NCBI GenBank assembly: GCA_026770705.1
Contig: JANJGN010000071.1
Location: forward strand, 372,001-436,000
Direction: 5' to 3'
From: Isurus oxyrinchus
Taxonomy: Eukaryota
Length of the DNA: 64,000 bases
Shown here: positions 39,539 through 50,974 of the stretch, one piece after another
Layout: each line of letters opens with the position of its first letter
Numbering within the stretch: position 1 is the first letter of the stretch
Made by a program: the position numbers and the translations under genes
The notes under the pieces: model-generated
The model's database searches: none
What the model was told of the DNA's origin: nothing
What the model saw: only the letters and a program-made list of their open reading frames with translations

Positions 39539-40280
39539 GTGAGTGCACACACACATCTACATCACACACACACACTCACACATGCAAAAACACTCATGTG
39601 TAGACACAAACATGCACGTTTACACACAAACATACGTTCAAACACATACACAGAAACACACACAAACTCAACTCACACGTACAATCATTCATGCGCACAC
39701 GTAGACACACGTATACACACACACTCATTCAAGCACAGATGTACACACAAGACCCACATACACACGCGTGCCCACACATGCGCAGACAGACACGCGCATA
39801 CACACAAATACAAACTCACTTGTGCAGAAATACACACACACACACAAGTGTGAGATCCCTCCCCTCTCTCAGTGCTGCACTGGAGTCTCGGTATCAGCTC
39901 TGATTCTGTGTTGAAGGAAGGTAAACTCCAGATCAGCAAGACCCTGAATTGGATGAGCAACTTCCTGAACGGAGAATTGTAGATTTACTCCTCAGTGCTC
40001 CATCAATCAAATACAATTCACGGGCTTTCAATCCCTTGGGGGCATCTTGAGAGTGTTAAAGGATGTTTGTTTCATTCTAGGTGGACAGCAACTCTGTTGG
40101 TGGGAGAATGCAACTGCAGTGTGACAGTTTACATAGGAAGTGCCCATTATAAATGTGACAGTATTTTTTCCTGAGGGAAGGTACCTGGAAATGCATTCCA
40201 ATATCAGATACAGAGAGATGATGCATGGAGTCTTGCTGTGCACTGTGCTTGCTCACATTAAAATCTTTATTTGTTTTTAG

Positions 40281-40562
40281 ATGCTCCACGGAATCTCTCA
40301 GTTACTTCTCTTGATATGATTAACGCTTCATCGATCAATATAATTGAGGGGAATTCTGCAGTGATAATCTGCTCTGTCGAGAGCTTCCCAGCTTCTAACC
40401 TGACGTGGCGACATCTTAATGTCCCAATGAACAGAACAAGTTCCAACAATGAGCTGTGGTTGGTGATTCCTCACGTTACATCCAGGGACACTGGAGACTA
40501 TCAGTGTGTGACAGAGAATGAACATGGAGCAGTGGAGGGATTTATAACCATCTCTGTGGAAC
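40281..40562 (+). CDS. Gene D tandem Ig exon 3
   Basis: 282 nt, intact. Confidence 0.9.
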
Positions 40563-40599
40563 GTGAGTTACACAGAATTGAACGTTCTCGTGTTATTAG

Positions 40600-41640
40600 C
40601 TCATGGGATGTGGGCATTGTTGACAAGACCAGAAATTATTGCCCATCTGTAACTGCCCCTTGAGAAGGTGGTGGTGAGCTGCCTTCTTTAACCACTGCAG
40701 TCCATGTGGTGTAGGCGCACCCACAGTGCTGTTAGGGAGGGAGTTCCAGGATTTTGTCCCAGTGATGGTGAAGGAACGGCCGATATAGTTCCAAGTCCCA
40801 GGGCAGACCACCACCTCAAGTTCACTTCCAAATCACACACCACACTGAGTTGGAACTGTCTTGGTGGAAGAGGTTAAGAGTTTGGAAGGTGCTGTCGAAG
40901 GAGCCTTGGTGAGTTGCTGCAGTGCATCTTGTAGATGGTGCACACACTGCTGCCATTGTGTGCCAGTGGTGGAGGGTATGAATGTTCATGCTGGTGGATG
41001 GGCTGTCGATCAAACAAGCTGCTCCTGGATGGTGTTGATGTTCTTGAGTGTTGTTGGAGCTGCACTCATCCAGCCAAGTGGAGATTATTCCATCACACTC
41101 CTGACTTGTGCCTTGTCGATGGTGGACAGGCATTGGAGAGTCAGGAGTTGAATGACTCACCACAGAGTTCGCAGCCTCTTACCCGCATTTGTAGCCACAT
41201 TATTTCCTGTTGCCGGGCTGTTGCCAGGGCCAATAGCCTTTGCTGTATCCAGTATCATCAGCTGATTCCTGATGTCACGTGGAGTCAATCGAATTGTCTG
41301 AAAGCTGACATCTGTGATGCTGGGACCCTCTGGAGGAGGCCGAGATGGAGCATCCACTCAGCACTTCTGGCTGAACATGGTTGCCAATGCTTCAGCCTTG
41401 TCGTTTGCACTGATGTGCTGAGCTCCCCCATCATTAAGGATGGGGATATTTGTGGAACATCCTCCTCCTGTTAGATCTTTAATTGTCCATCACCATTCAT
41501 GACTGGATGTGGCAGGACTGCAGAGCTTAGATCTGACCCGTTGGTTGTGGGATCGCTTTGCTCTGTCTATAGCATGTTGTTTCCGCTGTTTGGTGTGTAT
41601 GTAGTCCTGTGTGTCACCTCAGCAGCTTGGCACCTGTTAT
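40600..41640 (-). mobile_element. Non-LTR retrotransposon fragments
   Basis: Same family as 27770-28500; LDTAKAIGPGN RT-upstream motif. Confidence 0.75.
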
Positions 41641-41826
41641 ATGTGAATCCTCCTTATAGAAACCTGCATGTACATGGATATTATCAATAAATATTACATA
41701 GATAAATGTTATTTGTATAGACCTTTCATGCATAGACAATATCACTTCACAAGTTCAGAATTACTACATGTACATAGGGAACCATTCTCAAACTGTACCG
41801 GAGTCATTCATTGGCTGATTTTACAG

Positions 41827-41923
41827 GGCGAGATTCCAATGAATGGAAAGCAGGATTGCTTGGAGCTGGAATCTGTTTGAGTGTTGGACTGAGTGGATTC
41901 TTCATCTTCAAGTGTGTGAGAAA
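41827..41923 (+). CDS. Gene D transmembrane exon
   Basis: RDSNEWKAGLLGAGICLSVGLSGFFIFKCVRK|GTAAGT; 97-nt paralogue of 20528-20624. Confidence 0.85.
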
Positions 41924-42631
41924 GTAAGTGCGAAGGTTTAATTGGTTGTCTTTGAACATGTTTTCTTCAACCTTCTCTCCTTTTCGAAAGAACTTGCGTT
42001 TCTATAGCAACTTTCACAACCCAAAACCCTTCACAGCCCCTGAAGAGCTTTGATGTTCACTCACTGTTTACCATCTCATCCAACACTCACTGTTTCACAA
42101 CTCAGTCCTGTAACTGGCAGTGTTGACCTGGACCATAAAATACATTGTGACTTCCTGATGATGCGAAATGTGCTATATAAATGAAAACCTTTCTTTTGTT
42201 AGTGAATGCAATCTCTTTCCATTTTCCCTGTCGCATTCACTCTCTCTCTTATCTCCACTAATGCACGCCTTCTCATTCTCTCTCTCATTCACTCTCTCTC
42301 CAATCTCCACTAATGCTCTCCTTCTCATTCTCTCTCTCTCGTCCTCTTACACGTTGTTCAGTCTCTCACATTTTTAAGGAGCGCTGAGCAACATCTGCTC
42401 CTTCAGAAGATCCACCTCAACACCTGGAATGAGCAGTGAAATGAAACTTGCTCAACGACTGCTCAGCTTTACACAGGAATCACGTCACAGAGTCAGGACA
42501 CAAAGGGTTAACGGTTTGCTTACAACACAACACTAAGACCCTACGTTTCAATGAAAGGGTTTTCACAATTGTTCCCCAATTCATGATTTGACTCACAGAG
42601 ACACATCAACCCTTTCTCATTAAATACACAG

Positions 42632-42716
42632 AGGGAGCAGCACAGGAAGAGGTCATTCAGCCCAAGCAGAGCGTGTGGGCAGTTCCTCCCCAGGCGAGCA
42701 GTCGGACAGGTCCTGG
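42632..42716 (+). CDS. Gene D putative cytoplasmic exon 1 (copy of the 85-nt upstream exon)
   Basis: CAG acceptor, GTAAGT donor, phase 2-0, open frame GSSTGRGHSAQAERVGSSSPGEQSDRSW. Confidence 0.55.
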
Positions 42717-43226
42717 GTAAGTAACGGAACGATTGGAATTCACTTCCACCACCAACACCGTCCTTTGTTGATGTTGTGACTTTATAAAGACAGATTCCAA
42801 TGATTGATGCCTTTGAAAGATTTCTACTGATTATTGAGATCAGGGTGTGAGGCTCAAGTCTGTTGTACAGAACATCTTTCTGGTTAAATTATGCAGACAG
42901 GTTACACACAGTCTACGATTATATCCCCTCAGGTCTAGAAGATTAAGGAGTGATCTATCTGAGGGGTTCAAACTGATTAAACACTCAATAGGTCGATAGA
43001 GAGAAGCTATTCCCTCGGGTGGGGGTGGGTGGTGGGGGTCGGGTGGAGTCCAGAACAAGGGGGCCGGAACTTCAGATTGGAGCCAGGCCGTTCAGGGGTG
43101 ATGTCAGGAAGCACTTCTTCACACAAAGGGGAGTGGAAATCTGGAACTCTCTCCCCAATAATCAAACCCAACACCGAATACACATCATGTTGATTGTCAC
43201 TCTGTCCATTTCCATCTCTATTACAG

Positions 43227-43331
43227 AAGAGAGGCGAGGGGAAAGCAGGAATCAAATCGAACCACCGTGTTGATGAATATCGAGGTCCTGTTTATGAAAA
43301 CTGTGAGCGTGGTTGGGCTTTGAGGAATCAG
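43227..43331 (+). CDS. Gene D putative cytoplasmic exon 2 (VYENC)
   Basis: TTACAG|KRGEGKAGIKSNHRVDEYRGPVYENCERGWALRNQ|GTGAGT, phase 0-0. Confidence 0.55.
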
Positions 43332-43463
43332 GTGAGTCACACACCACAGGATCCCCAGCCTCTCAGCTGCTCCAGTAGCCTGGTTATTGATATGGCTGCT
43401 CCAGTCCTGTATCTGCAATGTTTTATACAGTCACTCCCAAACCCAACCAAATTCACACCCAAC

Positions 43464-43698
43464 ACCGTTCAGAATCAATAATCAAACCCCGTTCAGTATC
43501 AATAATCAAACCCCGTTCAGAATCAATAATCAAACCCCGTTCAGAATCAATAATCAAACCCTGTTCAGTATCAATAATCAAACCCTCTTCAGAATCAATA
43601 ATCAAACCCCGTTCAGTATCAATAATCAAACCCCGTTCAGAATCAATAATCAAACCCCGTTCAGTATCAATAATCAAACCCTGTTCAGTATCAATAAT
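43464..43698. repeat. 24-bp minisatellite (CCGTTCAGAATCAATAATCAAACC), ~10 copies
   Basis: Direct inspection. Confidence 0.95.
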
Positions 43699-43796
43699 TA
43701 ATGTATCTATTATGGGTGGAATTTTCGATTTGGATCAATAATACTAAACACTGATCACTCTGATTGTCACTCTGATCATTTCTGTTTCTATTACAG

Positions 43797-43913
43797 AAGA
43801 AAGATGAGAAGGATCTGGAAATGAAATCTAACCGCGGAGTCAGTCCTGATACAGATGATGATCTTTACGCAAACTGTGAATTTGCCAAGGATTCTGTTTA
43901 TGGGAATTTATAA
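43797..43913 (+). CDS. Gene D terminal cytoplasmic exon (DLYANC, ITIM SVYGNL)
   Basis: TTACAG|KKDEKDLEMKSNRGVSPDTDDDLYANCEFAKDSVYGNL*. Confidence 0.7.
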   Translation, partial: KKDEKDLEMKSNRGVSPDTDDDLYANCEFAKDSVYGNL

Positions 43914-44969
43914 ACTGAGCAAGAATGAGACACACACAGTGTGGGGAGAATACAGAATGGGAGAATCATTCAAAACTCCAATTTACCTTCCTAATATCCA
44001 CAGGAACTCATTCCCAGGAAATAGATTTAAACCTCTTGTTACAATCTGATGGAATTTCTTCGGAATGATCTATCCAGGATGATTGTCTGTGGGTTTCAAT
44101 TCGAACATCCTCCTTCAGAATTGTCCCTCACTGTTGGAAACATCCTTCTCTCCATTCTGATTGTAAATGTCTTTAGATATCGTTCGATGATGTACCAGGA
44201 CAGAACGGACAAATTCAATCCCGTGTCCGTGATTATGAGTTAATTTTCATTCTGTTATTCACCTTTCTGTCTGTCAGTGTTTACAGAATATTCATCAGCC
44301 AGTGCAGACTTCAGGAAATGCAGGATCGGTGGATAATTGGAGCAGAGGAGATTGGTAAAATTTACTCACCGTTTTGTAGTCAAATGTATTTTCAGAAATA
44401 TATTTGGATTTTACACTTCATCGTTAAACAGCGAAACAAACAAGAATCTGGGAAACAGGGAAACAATTTGATTGGAGATTTGAGAAATTCTCTGCAGCTC
44501 AGAGGATAACAGATGTGCTACAGTGCCACCACTGGTGGCAGGACATCATTTCAGCGTGACATGTTTACATTCATGTTGCCAATGAACATTGAAAACAATG
44601 ATGTGAAAAATTGTTTGCAGGTTTATCTTCTTCAATATGTCATGGATGGATGAGACAGCTTTGATAACAGAATGAGATAGAGCTGCAATAAACCACCATT
44701 TTAGTCTTTCACACTTGGAGAGTACAATTAGCATCCATCCTGAAGGCTGAGTGGATGGGTGGACTGTGCGATGTGTTACAGATTACAGAGACCAACATCC
44801 TTGATCCTGGTTCTGCTCTGTGTTTGATGAGATACTTGATTCAAAGATTGGGAAAATAAATAATCCTCCTGCATTGATCTGTAACTGGTCATTTTCTCTG
44901 TTAATGAGGTGAGGACAGATTTGGGTTCGAGGTCCCAAATCAGACACATGCTTTGACTGCCCATTGACT

Positions 44970-47530
44970 CGGAACAGGAGGTGGCCATTCAGCCCCCTCG
45001 AGCCTGCTACACAGGAACAAGAGGGCACCTGAAATAAAAACAGAAAATGCTGGAGAAACTGAATAGGTCTGGCAGCATCTGTGCAGAGATAAACAGAAAT
45101 AACATTTTGAGTCTGTATGACCCTTCTTCAGAGTCTCAAAGCAAAAACTCTGTTTCTCTCTCCACAGCTGCTGCCAGACCTGCTGAGTTAATGCAGCATT
45201 TTCTGTTTTTATTTCAGATTTACAGCATCTGCAGTATTTATTTTTAATGAGAGGAGGACATTCAGCCCCTCGAGCCTGTTACACAGGAACAGGAGGAGGC
45301 CCATTCTGTCCCCTTGAGCCTGTTACACAGGAACAGGAGGAGGCCCATTCTGTCCCCTTGAACCTGTTACACAGGAACAGGAGGAGGCCCATTCACCCTC
45401 CTTGAGCCTGTTACACAGGAACAGGAGGAGGCCCATTCTGTCCGCTTGAGCCTGTTACACAGGTACAGGAGACCCATTCAGCCTCCACAAGCTTGTTACA
45501 CAGGAACAATTGGGGTTCCATTCAGCCGCTCAAGCCTGTTCCACAAGAACAGGAGCAAAAACAAAAATAGCTGGAAAAACTCAGCAGGTCTGACAGGATC
45601 TGCGGAGAGGAACACACTTGACGTTTTGGGTCTGTATGACTCTTCATCAGAACTAAGGGAATCGAGAAATGAGGTGACGTTTTAGCTGGTAGAGGGGGTG
45701 GGGCAGGTAGAGCTGGATTGTGGGCCAGTGATAGGTGGAGGTAAAGAAGAGGTTGCCAAAGATGTGATAGACAAAAGGACAAAGGGGTGTTGACGGTGGT
45801 GATATTATCTGAGGAATGTGCTAATGGGGACATTAAGGGTAGAAAGCAGGACGAGCAAGAGACAGATAGTCCTAGTGGGGGTGGGGTGGGGGGAAAAGAT
45901 TGAAATAGGCTAAAAGGTAGAGATACAACAACAGATGTGAAACATTTAAAAATAATGGAAATAGGTGGGAAAAGAAAAATATATCAATAAAATAAATATT
46001 AAAAATGATAAATTATTGGAAAAAGGGAGATTGGAAAGGGGGTGGGGATGGAGGAGAGAGTTCATGATCTGAAAGTGTTGAACTCAATATTCAGTCCGGA
46101 AGTCTGTAAAGTGCCAGGTCGGAAGATGAGGTGCTGTTCCTCCAGTTTGTGTTGGGCTTCACTGGAACAATGCAGCAGGCCAAGGACGGACATGTGGGCA
46201 TGAGAGCAGGGTGGGGTGTTAAAATGGCAAGCGACAGGGAGGTCTGGGTCATGCTTGTGGACAGACCGAAGGTGTTCATCAGAGCGATCACCCAGTCTGT
46301 GTTTGGTCTGTCCCATGTAGAGGAGACCACATTGGGAGCAGTGAATGCAGTAGATTAAATTGAGGGAAGTGCAAGTGAAATGCTGCTTCCAATGATGCTC
46401 CTAATGTACTCGAGCCTGGTACACAGGAACTGGGGAAGGCCAATTCAGCCCCTTTAGCCTTTTACACAGGAACAGGAGGAGGCCCACTCAGCCCCATGAG
46501 CCTGGTACACAGTGAGAGAAGGAGGCCATTCAGCCCCCCTGAGCCTGTTGCACAGGAAAAGGAGACCCATTCAGCCCCTCGAGCTTGTTACACAGGAACA
46601 GGAGGAGGTCCTATCAGCCCCTCAAGCCTGTTACACAGGAACAGGAGGAGGCCCATTCAGCCCCCTCAAGCCTGTTACACAGGAACAGGAAGAGGCCCAT
46701 TCAGCCCCCTCGAGCCTGTTACACAGGAACAAGAGGAGGCCCACTCAGCCCCATGAGCCTGGTACACAGAGAGAAGGAGGCCATTCAGCCCCCCTGAGCC
46801 TGTTGCACAGGAAAAGGAGACCCATTCAGCCCCTCGAGCTTGTTACACAGGAACAGGAGGAGGCCCATTCAGCCCCTCGAGCCTGTTACACAGGAACAGG
46901 AGGAGGTCCATTCAGCCCCTCGAGCCTGTTACACAGGAACAGGAGGAAGTCATTCAGCCCCCTTGAACCTATAACACAGGAACAGGAGGAGGCCCACTCA
47001 GCCCCCTCAAGACAGTTACACAGGAACAGGAGAAGGCCATTCAGCCCTCTCAAGCCTGTTACACAGGAACAGGGGGAGGCCCATTCAGCCTCCTCAGACA
47101 TGTTACATAGGAACAGTAAGAGGACATTCAATTCCTCAACCCTCTTTACTGGAGCAGTAAACACATTCAGCCTCCTTGAGCCTGTTACACAAGAACAGGA
47201 GGAGGTCCATTCAGCCCCTCAAGTCAGTGACATAGGAACAGGAGAAGTCTCATTCAGCCACATAAGCATCTTATATAAGAACATGAGGGGGCCCAAACAG
47301 CCCCTCAAGCCTCTTACACAAGAAGAGGAGGAGGAGGTTTATTCAGTCCCTCGAGGCTGTTACACAGGGACAGGAGGAGGCCCATTCAGCCACATGAGCC
47401 TGTTACACAGGGACTGGAGGAGGCCCATTCAGCTCCCTAATATATGTTACTCTTGAACACGAGGAGGTGCATACAGTCCCTCAAGCCTGTTACACTGGAA
47501 CAGGAGGAGGCCCAGTCAACCCCTCGAGCC
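44970..47530. repeat. ~43-bp minisatellite array interrupted by Penelope-type inserts
   Basis: Same unit as 1-1010. Confidence 0.9.
45556..46390 (-). mobile_element. Penelope-like element 3' fragment (GIY-YIG endonuclease plus terminal repeat)
   Basis: CSQCGLLYMGQTKHRLGDRSDEHLRSV..PVACHFN..LEEQHLIF..GLN; degenerate hammerhead core at ~45620-45652 on minus strand. Confidence 0.85.
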
Positions 47531-47695
47531 TCTTGCATGTGAACAGTCGATGGCCCTTCAACCACATTCTTGGTACGCAAAGGGTTAACAGTTTTCTAAC
47601 TGTGTGAGGCAAAGAATTGCTTTCTAACTTGGTACCAAGCACTTCCTCATTTTGTCTCACAGTGACACATCCACCCTTTCTTATTAAACACACAG

Positions 47696-47780
47696 AGGGA
47701 GCAGCACAGGAAGAGGTCATTCTGCCCAAGCAGAGCATGTGGGCAGTTCCTCCCCAGGCGAGCAGTCGGACAGGTCCTGG
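47696..47780 (+). other. Gene E 85-nt upstream exon
   Basis: Conserved block, ETS site at 47641. Confidence 0.6.
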
Positions 47781-48230
47781 GTAAGTAACGGAACGATTGG
47801 AATTCACTTCCACCACCAACACCGTCCTTTGTTGATGTTGTGACTTTATAAAGACAGATTCCAATGATTGATGCCTTTGAAAGATTTCTACTGATTATTG
47901 AGATCTGGGTGTGAGGCTCAAGTCTGTTGTACAGAACATCTTTCTAGCTCAAGGGATGAGGGAAGAGCAGGGACATGAGCTTTGGGACATCCTGAGGTGG
48001 TGAAAGGTGCTATGGAAATGCAAGTCCTTCAATGTTTTTCTTTCTTAAAGCCTTGTAACTCTCTGCAGAGCACCTATCATCCCACAGAGAATCAAATTAG
48101 TCTGTGAAGACATTGTGTAAAAGCAGTTCTGATCTCTCGAGAGCTGTCGGACAAGAGGTGAGGTCTCATTAACTCCTGTCTCTTTCACAGCTTGAGAGTG
48201 AGAAGTGGATGGAATATCTGGGAGTGGACG

Positions 48231-48270
48231 ATGGTCGGGAAATCTTACTTTCTCTTGTCACTTCTCCAAG
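48231..48270 (+). CDS. Gene E signal peptide exon (MVGKSYFLLSLLQ)
   Basis: ACGATGG Kozak context, phase-1 donor. Confidence 0.88.
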
Positions 48271-48973
48271 GTAATATCATCATCAGCTCGGATAGATTTA
48301 TGTTTAACAATCTTTGTAAAAGATCATTCATATCTCTTTATCTCTGTAACCTCCTGCAACTCACCCAAACAACTTCCCAGATCTCTGTGTTACACCAATT
48401 CCGGCCTCTTGACCATCCCCCGATACCCATCACTCCAATACTGGCGGCCGGGCCTTCAGCTGCCTGGGGCCTGAGCTCTGGAATTCACTCCCTAAACCTC
48501 GGGGATGGAGGAGATCAGAGGGTTTCATTTTACTGAGAATCACCACGACCACATCACAGCTGCAGTCAGAATAGACAGAGAGTCCAGCCCTCACACTTCC
48601 TGCACAGTTTCACCATAGCAACCACAATATGGAAATTTAAAAATACTGAAAGTTAAACTGAAGCTCAAACCAGTCAGTGTAGAGAGATGAGATGTTTACA
48701 CAGTTTCCCTGTGTGTCTTGTAGACACTGTGTTGGGTGGAAGACTGGCTTCACTAAACAGGGTCCTGAGGACCATGAGCCAATGTAGAATGAACTTGTCC
48801 ACTCCTATGTCCAGGATTCTCTTCCCTCCATTGTGAAACCTTGGGGAATTCCTTGTGTGTCCTGTAGATGGTCCACACTGCAGCCACTGTGCCCCAGTGA
48901 TGGAGGGGGTGGATATCGAGTCTAGTGGATCTACAAACTATCCAGAGTTAAATATTGATATTTCTCTCCCCAG

Positions 48974-49342
48974 TTGGACTGTCACAAGAGTGGAAAGGTG
49001 ACACTCCACGAGAGGTTGCAGCACAGGAAGGCTCGTGTGTACAGATTCCATGTCATTACAGTTATCCATCGTGTCTGGAAAACCAACCGCGAGGTGGAGT
49101 CTGGTTTAATAATGAGAAACAGATTCCCTGGGCTCCCATTGCCTTTCACTCCAAGGATCACAGTCACGAGTTACCACGGTTCCACCATCGGACCCGGCTG
49201 TCTGGAGACCTGAAAGATGGCGACTGTTCCCTGATTATAAACAACATCAGACGGGAAGATGCAGGACCTTATTTTTTCAGAATAGAATTTGACAATGGTC
49301 CGAGCCATAACTATTACCCTGTAACCCAGCTTCTCGTTTCTG
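48974..49342 (+). CDS. Gene E Siglec V-set exon
   Basis: 369 nt, intact, essential Arg present. Confidence 0.92.
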
Positions 49343-50201
49343 GTAAGTGCTGTGTTATAATTACTCAACAATTCACATTCAACACTCAATGGGAAATAAC
49401 ACAAACTGTGATGTTTACATATTAACACAAAACACAGCTTATTATAACACACTGTCTGATTCTCAATAACCTGGTAATGGCTTCCAGTTCAGTCCTAAAG
49501 CAACCTCTAATACTCAGTTTAATATCAATGATGAAAAGCATTAACTGTATTATCAGGTTATCCACTCCCATCAATCTCTCCTGTCCTGTTTAAAAGTCTG
49601 ACTTATCGATCAAAGAAAGATGTGCATTTCTGCAGCGCAATTTACCACCTCAGGAGGATCCAAATCCCTTCACAGCCATTGAAATTATTCCTGAATTGTA
49701 GTCACAGATGTAAAACACAGCAGGCAGTTTGTGCACAGCAAGATCCAACAAACCACAAGGTGCTAAATCACCTAGATCACTGAGGAAATGAAAAGCCAGT
49801 GAACAGAAACCTCTGGTCTGATGAAGAGTCATACGGACTCGAAACTTTAACCCTGGCTTCCTCTCCACTGATACTGTCAGACCTGCTGAGTCTTTCCAGC
49901 AATTTTTGTTTTTGTTTCAGATTTCCAGCATCCGCAGTATTCTGCTTTTAACTCCAATCTCTGGTCTGAGCCTCTTCTCTCATCCAGTGTTCTCAATTTA
50001 CATGTCTCGGAGTGAACGTGTATTAAGCTGAGAGACAGAAACACCAAAGTCTCAAAGCAGGAAATTCTCTCCTGATCATTGTAACCTCTCAGATCTGATA
50101 TCATCCTTGTAAAAGTGCTTTCTCTTGTGGGACTGTGATTTCTATTTGAACTGATGCTTCACGTTATATTTCTCTAAAAGGATCCATTTTCTGTCTGTTA
50201 G

Positions 50202-50498
50202 ATTTCACAGATAAACCCACGATTTTCCCTGCTGAAATTATTGCAGGAAAGCCTGTGGATGTAAGCTGCACCTTCAACACAATGTGCAATGGAACAGCAG
50301 CACCTGTCTTAACCTGGGACACTCCCACTGACGTACCTGGATCAGTCTCAAACACTGTAACTCAGCATGGTGTCACTCTGACCTATACTTCTGTTCTGAC
50401 CCTGACCCCATCACTCAAACACCACGGACACACTCTCAGCTGCAGAGTGAGATATCCATCTGTTTCATCGGAGCGGACCCTCGTACTAACTGTGCAAG
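50202..50498 (+). CDS. Gene E C2-set exon
   Basis: 297 nt intact, G|GTTAGT donor. Confidence 0.9.
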
Positions 50499-50821
50499 GT
50501 TAGTATGGACACCCTTCATTCTACATCAGCACTCCCTCAGCGCTGACCCTCTGACAGTGCAGCTCATTCTCAGTATCCACATTCTCAGACCTCTCAAAGT
50601 GCTTCACAGTCGATAGAAGTTAATTGATCTTTATTTGATTATTGCTGAATGAAGAGACAAGCTGTCTAAAGTTTACATCTCGCACACACCATTCTCCATG
50701 GCAACACCTCCACCTATCAGAGACCACTTGCCAACCAATCAGCACTCTCCTCCCATTAAGTATAAATTGTTGTTCACTTTCTGTTGGTAATCCTGCGAAC
50801 GTGCTTCTTGATTCCTGCCCT

Positions 50822-50974
50822 GACATCTTAATGTCCAAATGAATAGAACAAGTTCCAACAATGAGCTGTGGTTGGTGATTCCTCACGTTACATCCAGGGA
50901 CACTGGAGACTATCAGTGTGTGGCAGAAAATGAACATGGAGCAGTGGAGGGGTTCATAACCGTCACTGTGGAAC
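50822..50974 (+). pseudogene. 5'-truncated Ig exon remnant (gene E intron)
   Basis: Same breakpoint as 3196-3348. Confidence 0.8.

Noticed and set aside
37640-39850. His/Thr-rich and Cys/Val-rich ORFs
   Set aside because: (CA)n/(TG)n microsatellite translations
42379-42439. Alternative short terminal exon after gene D TM (SAEQHLLLQKIHLNTWNEQ*)
   Set aside because: Weak AAG acceptor and no paralogous support; not excluded
43464-43698. Regular 24-bp repeats resembling a CRISPR array
   Set aside because: No unique spacers, no cas genes, vertebrate intron
46512-47456. 314-aa ORF
   Set aside because: Minisatellite read-through with drifting frames
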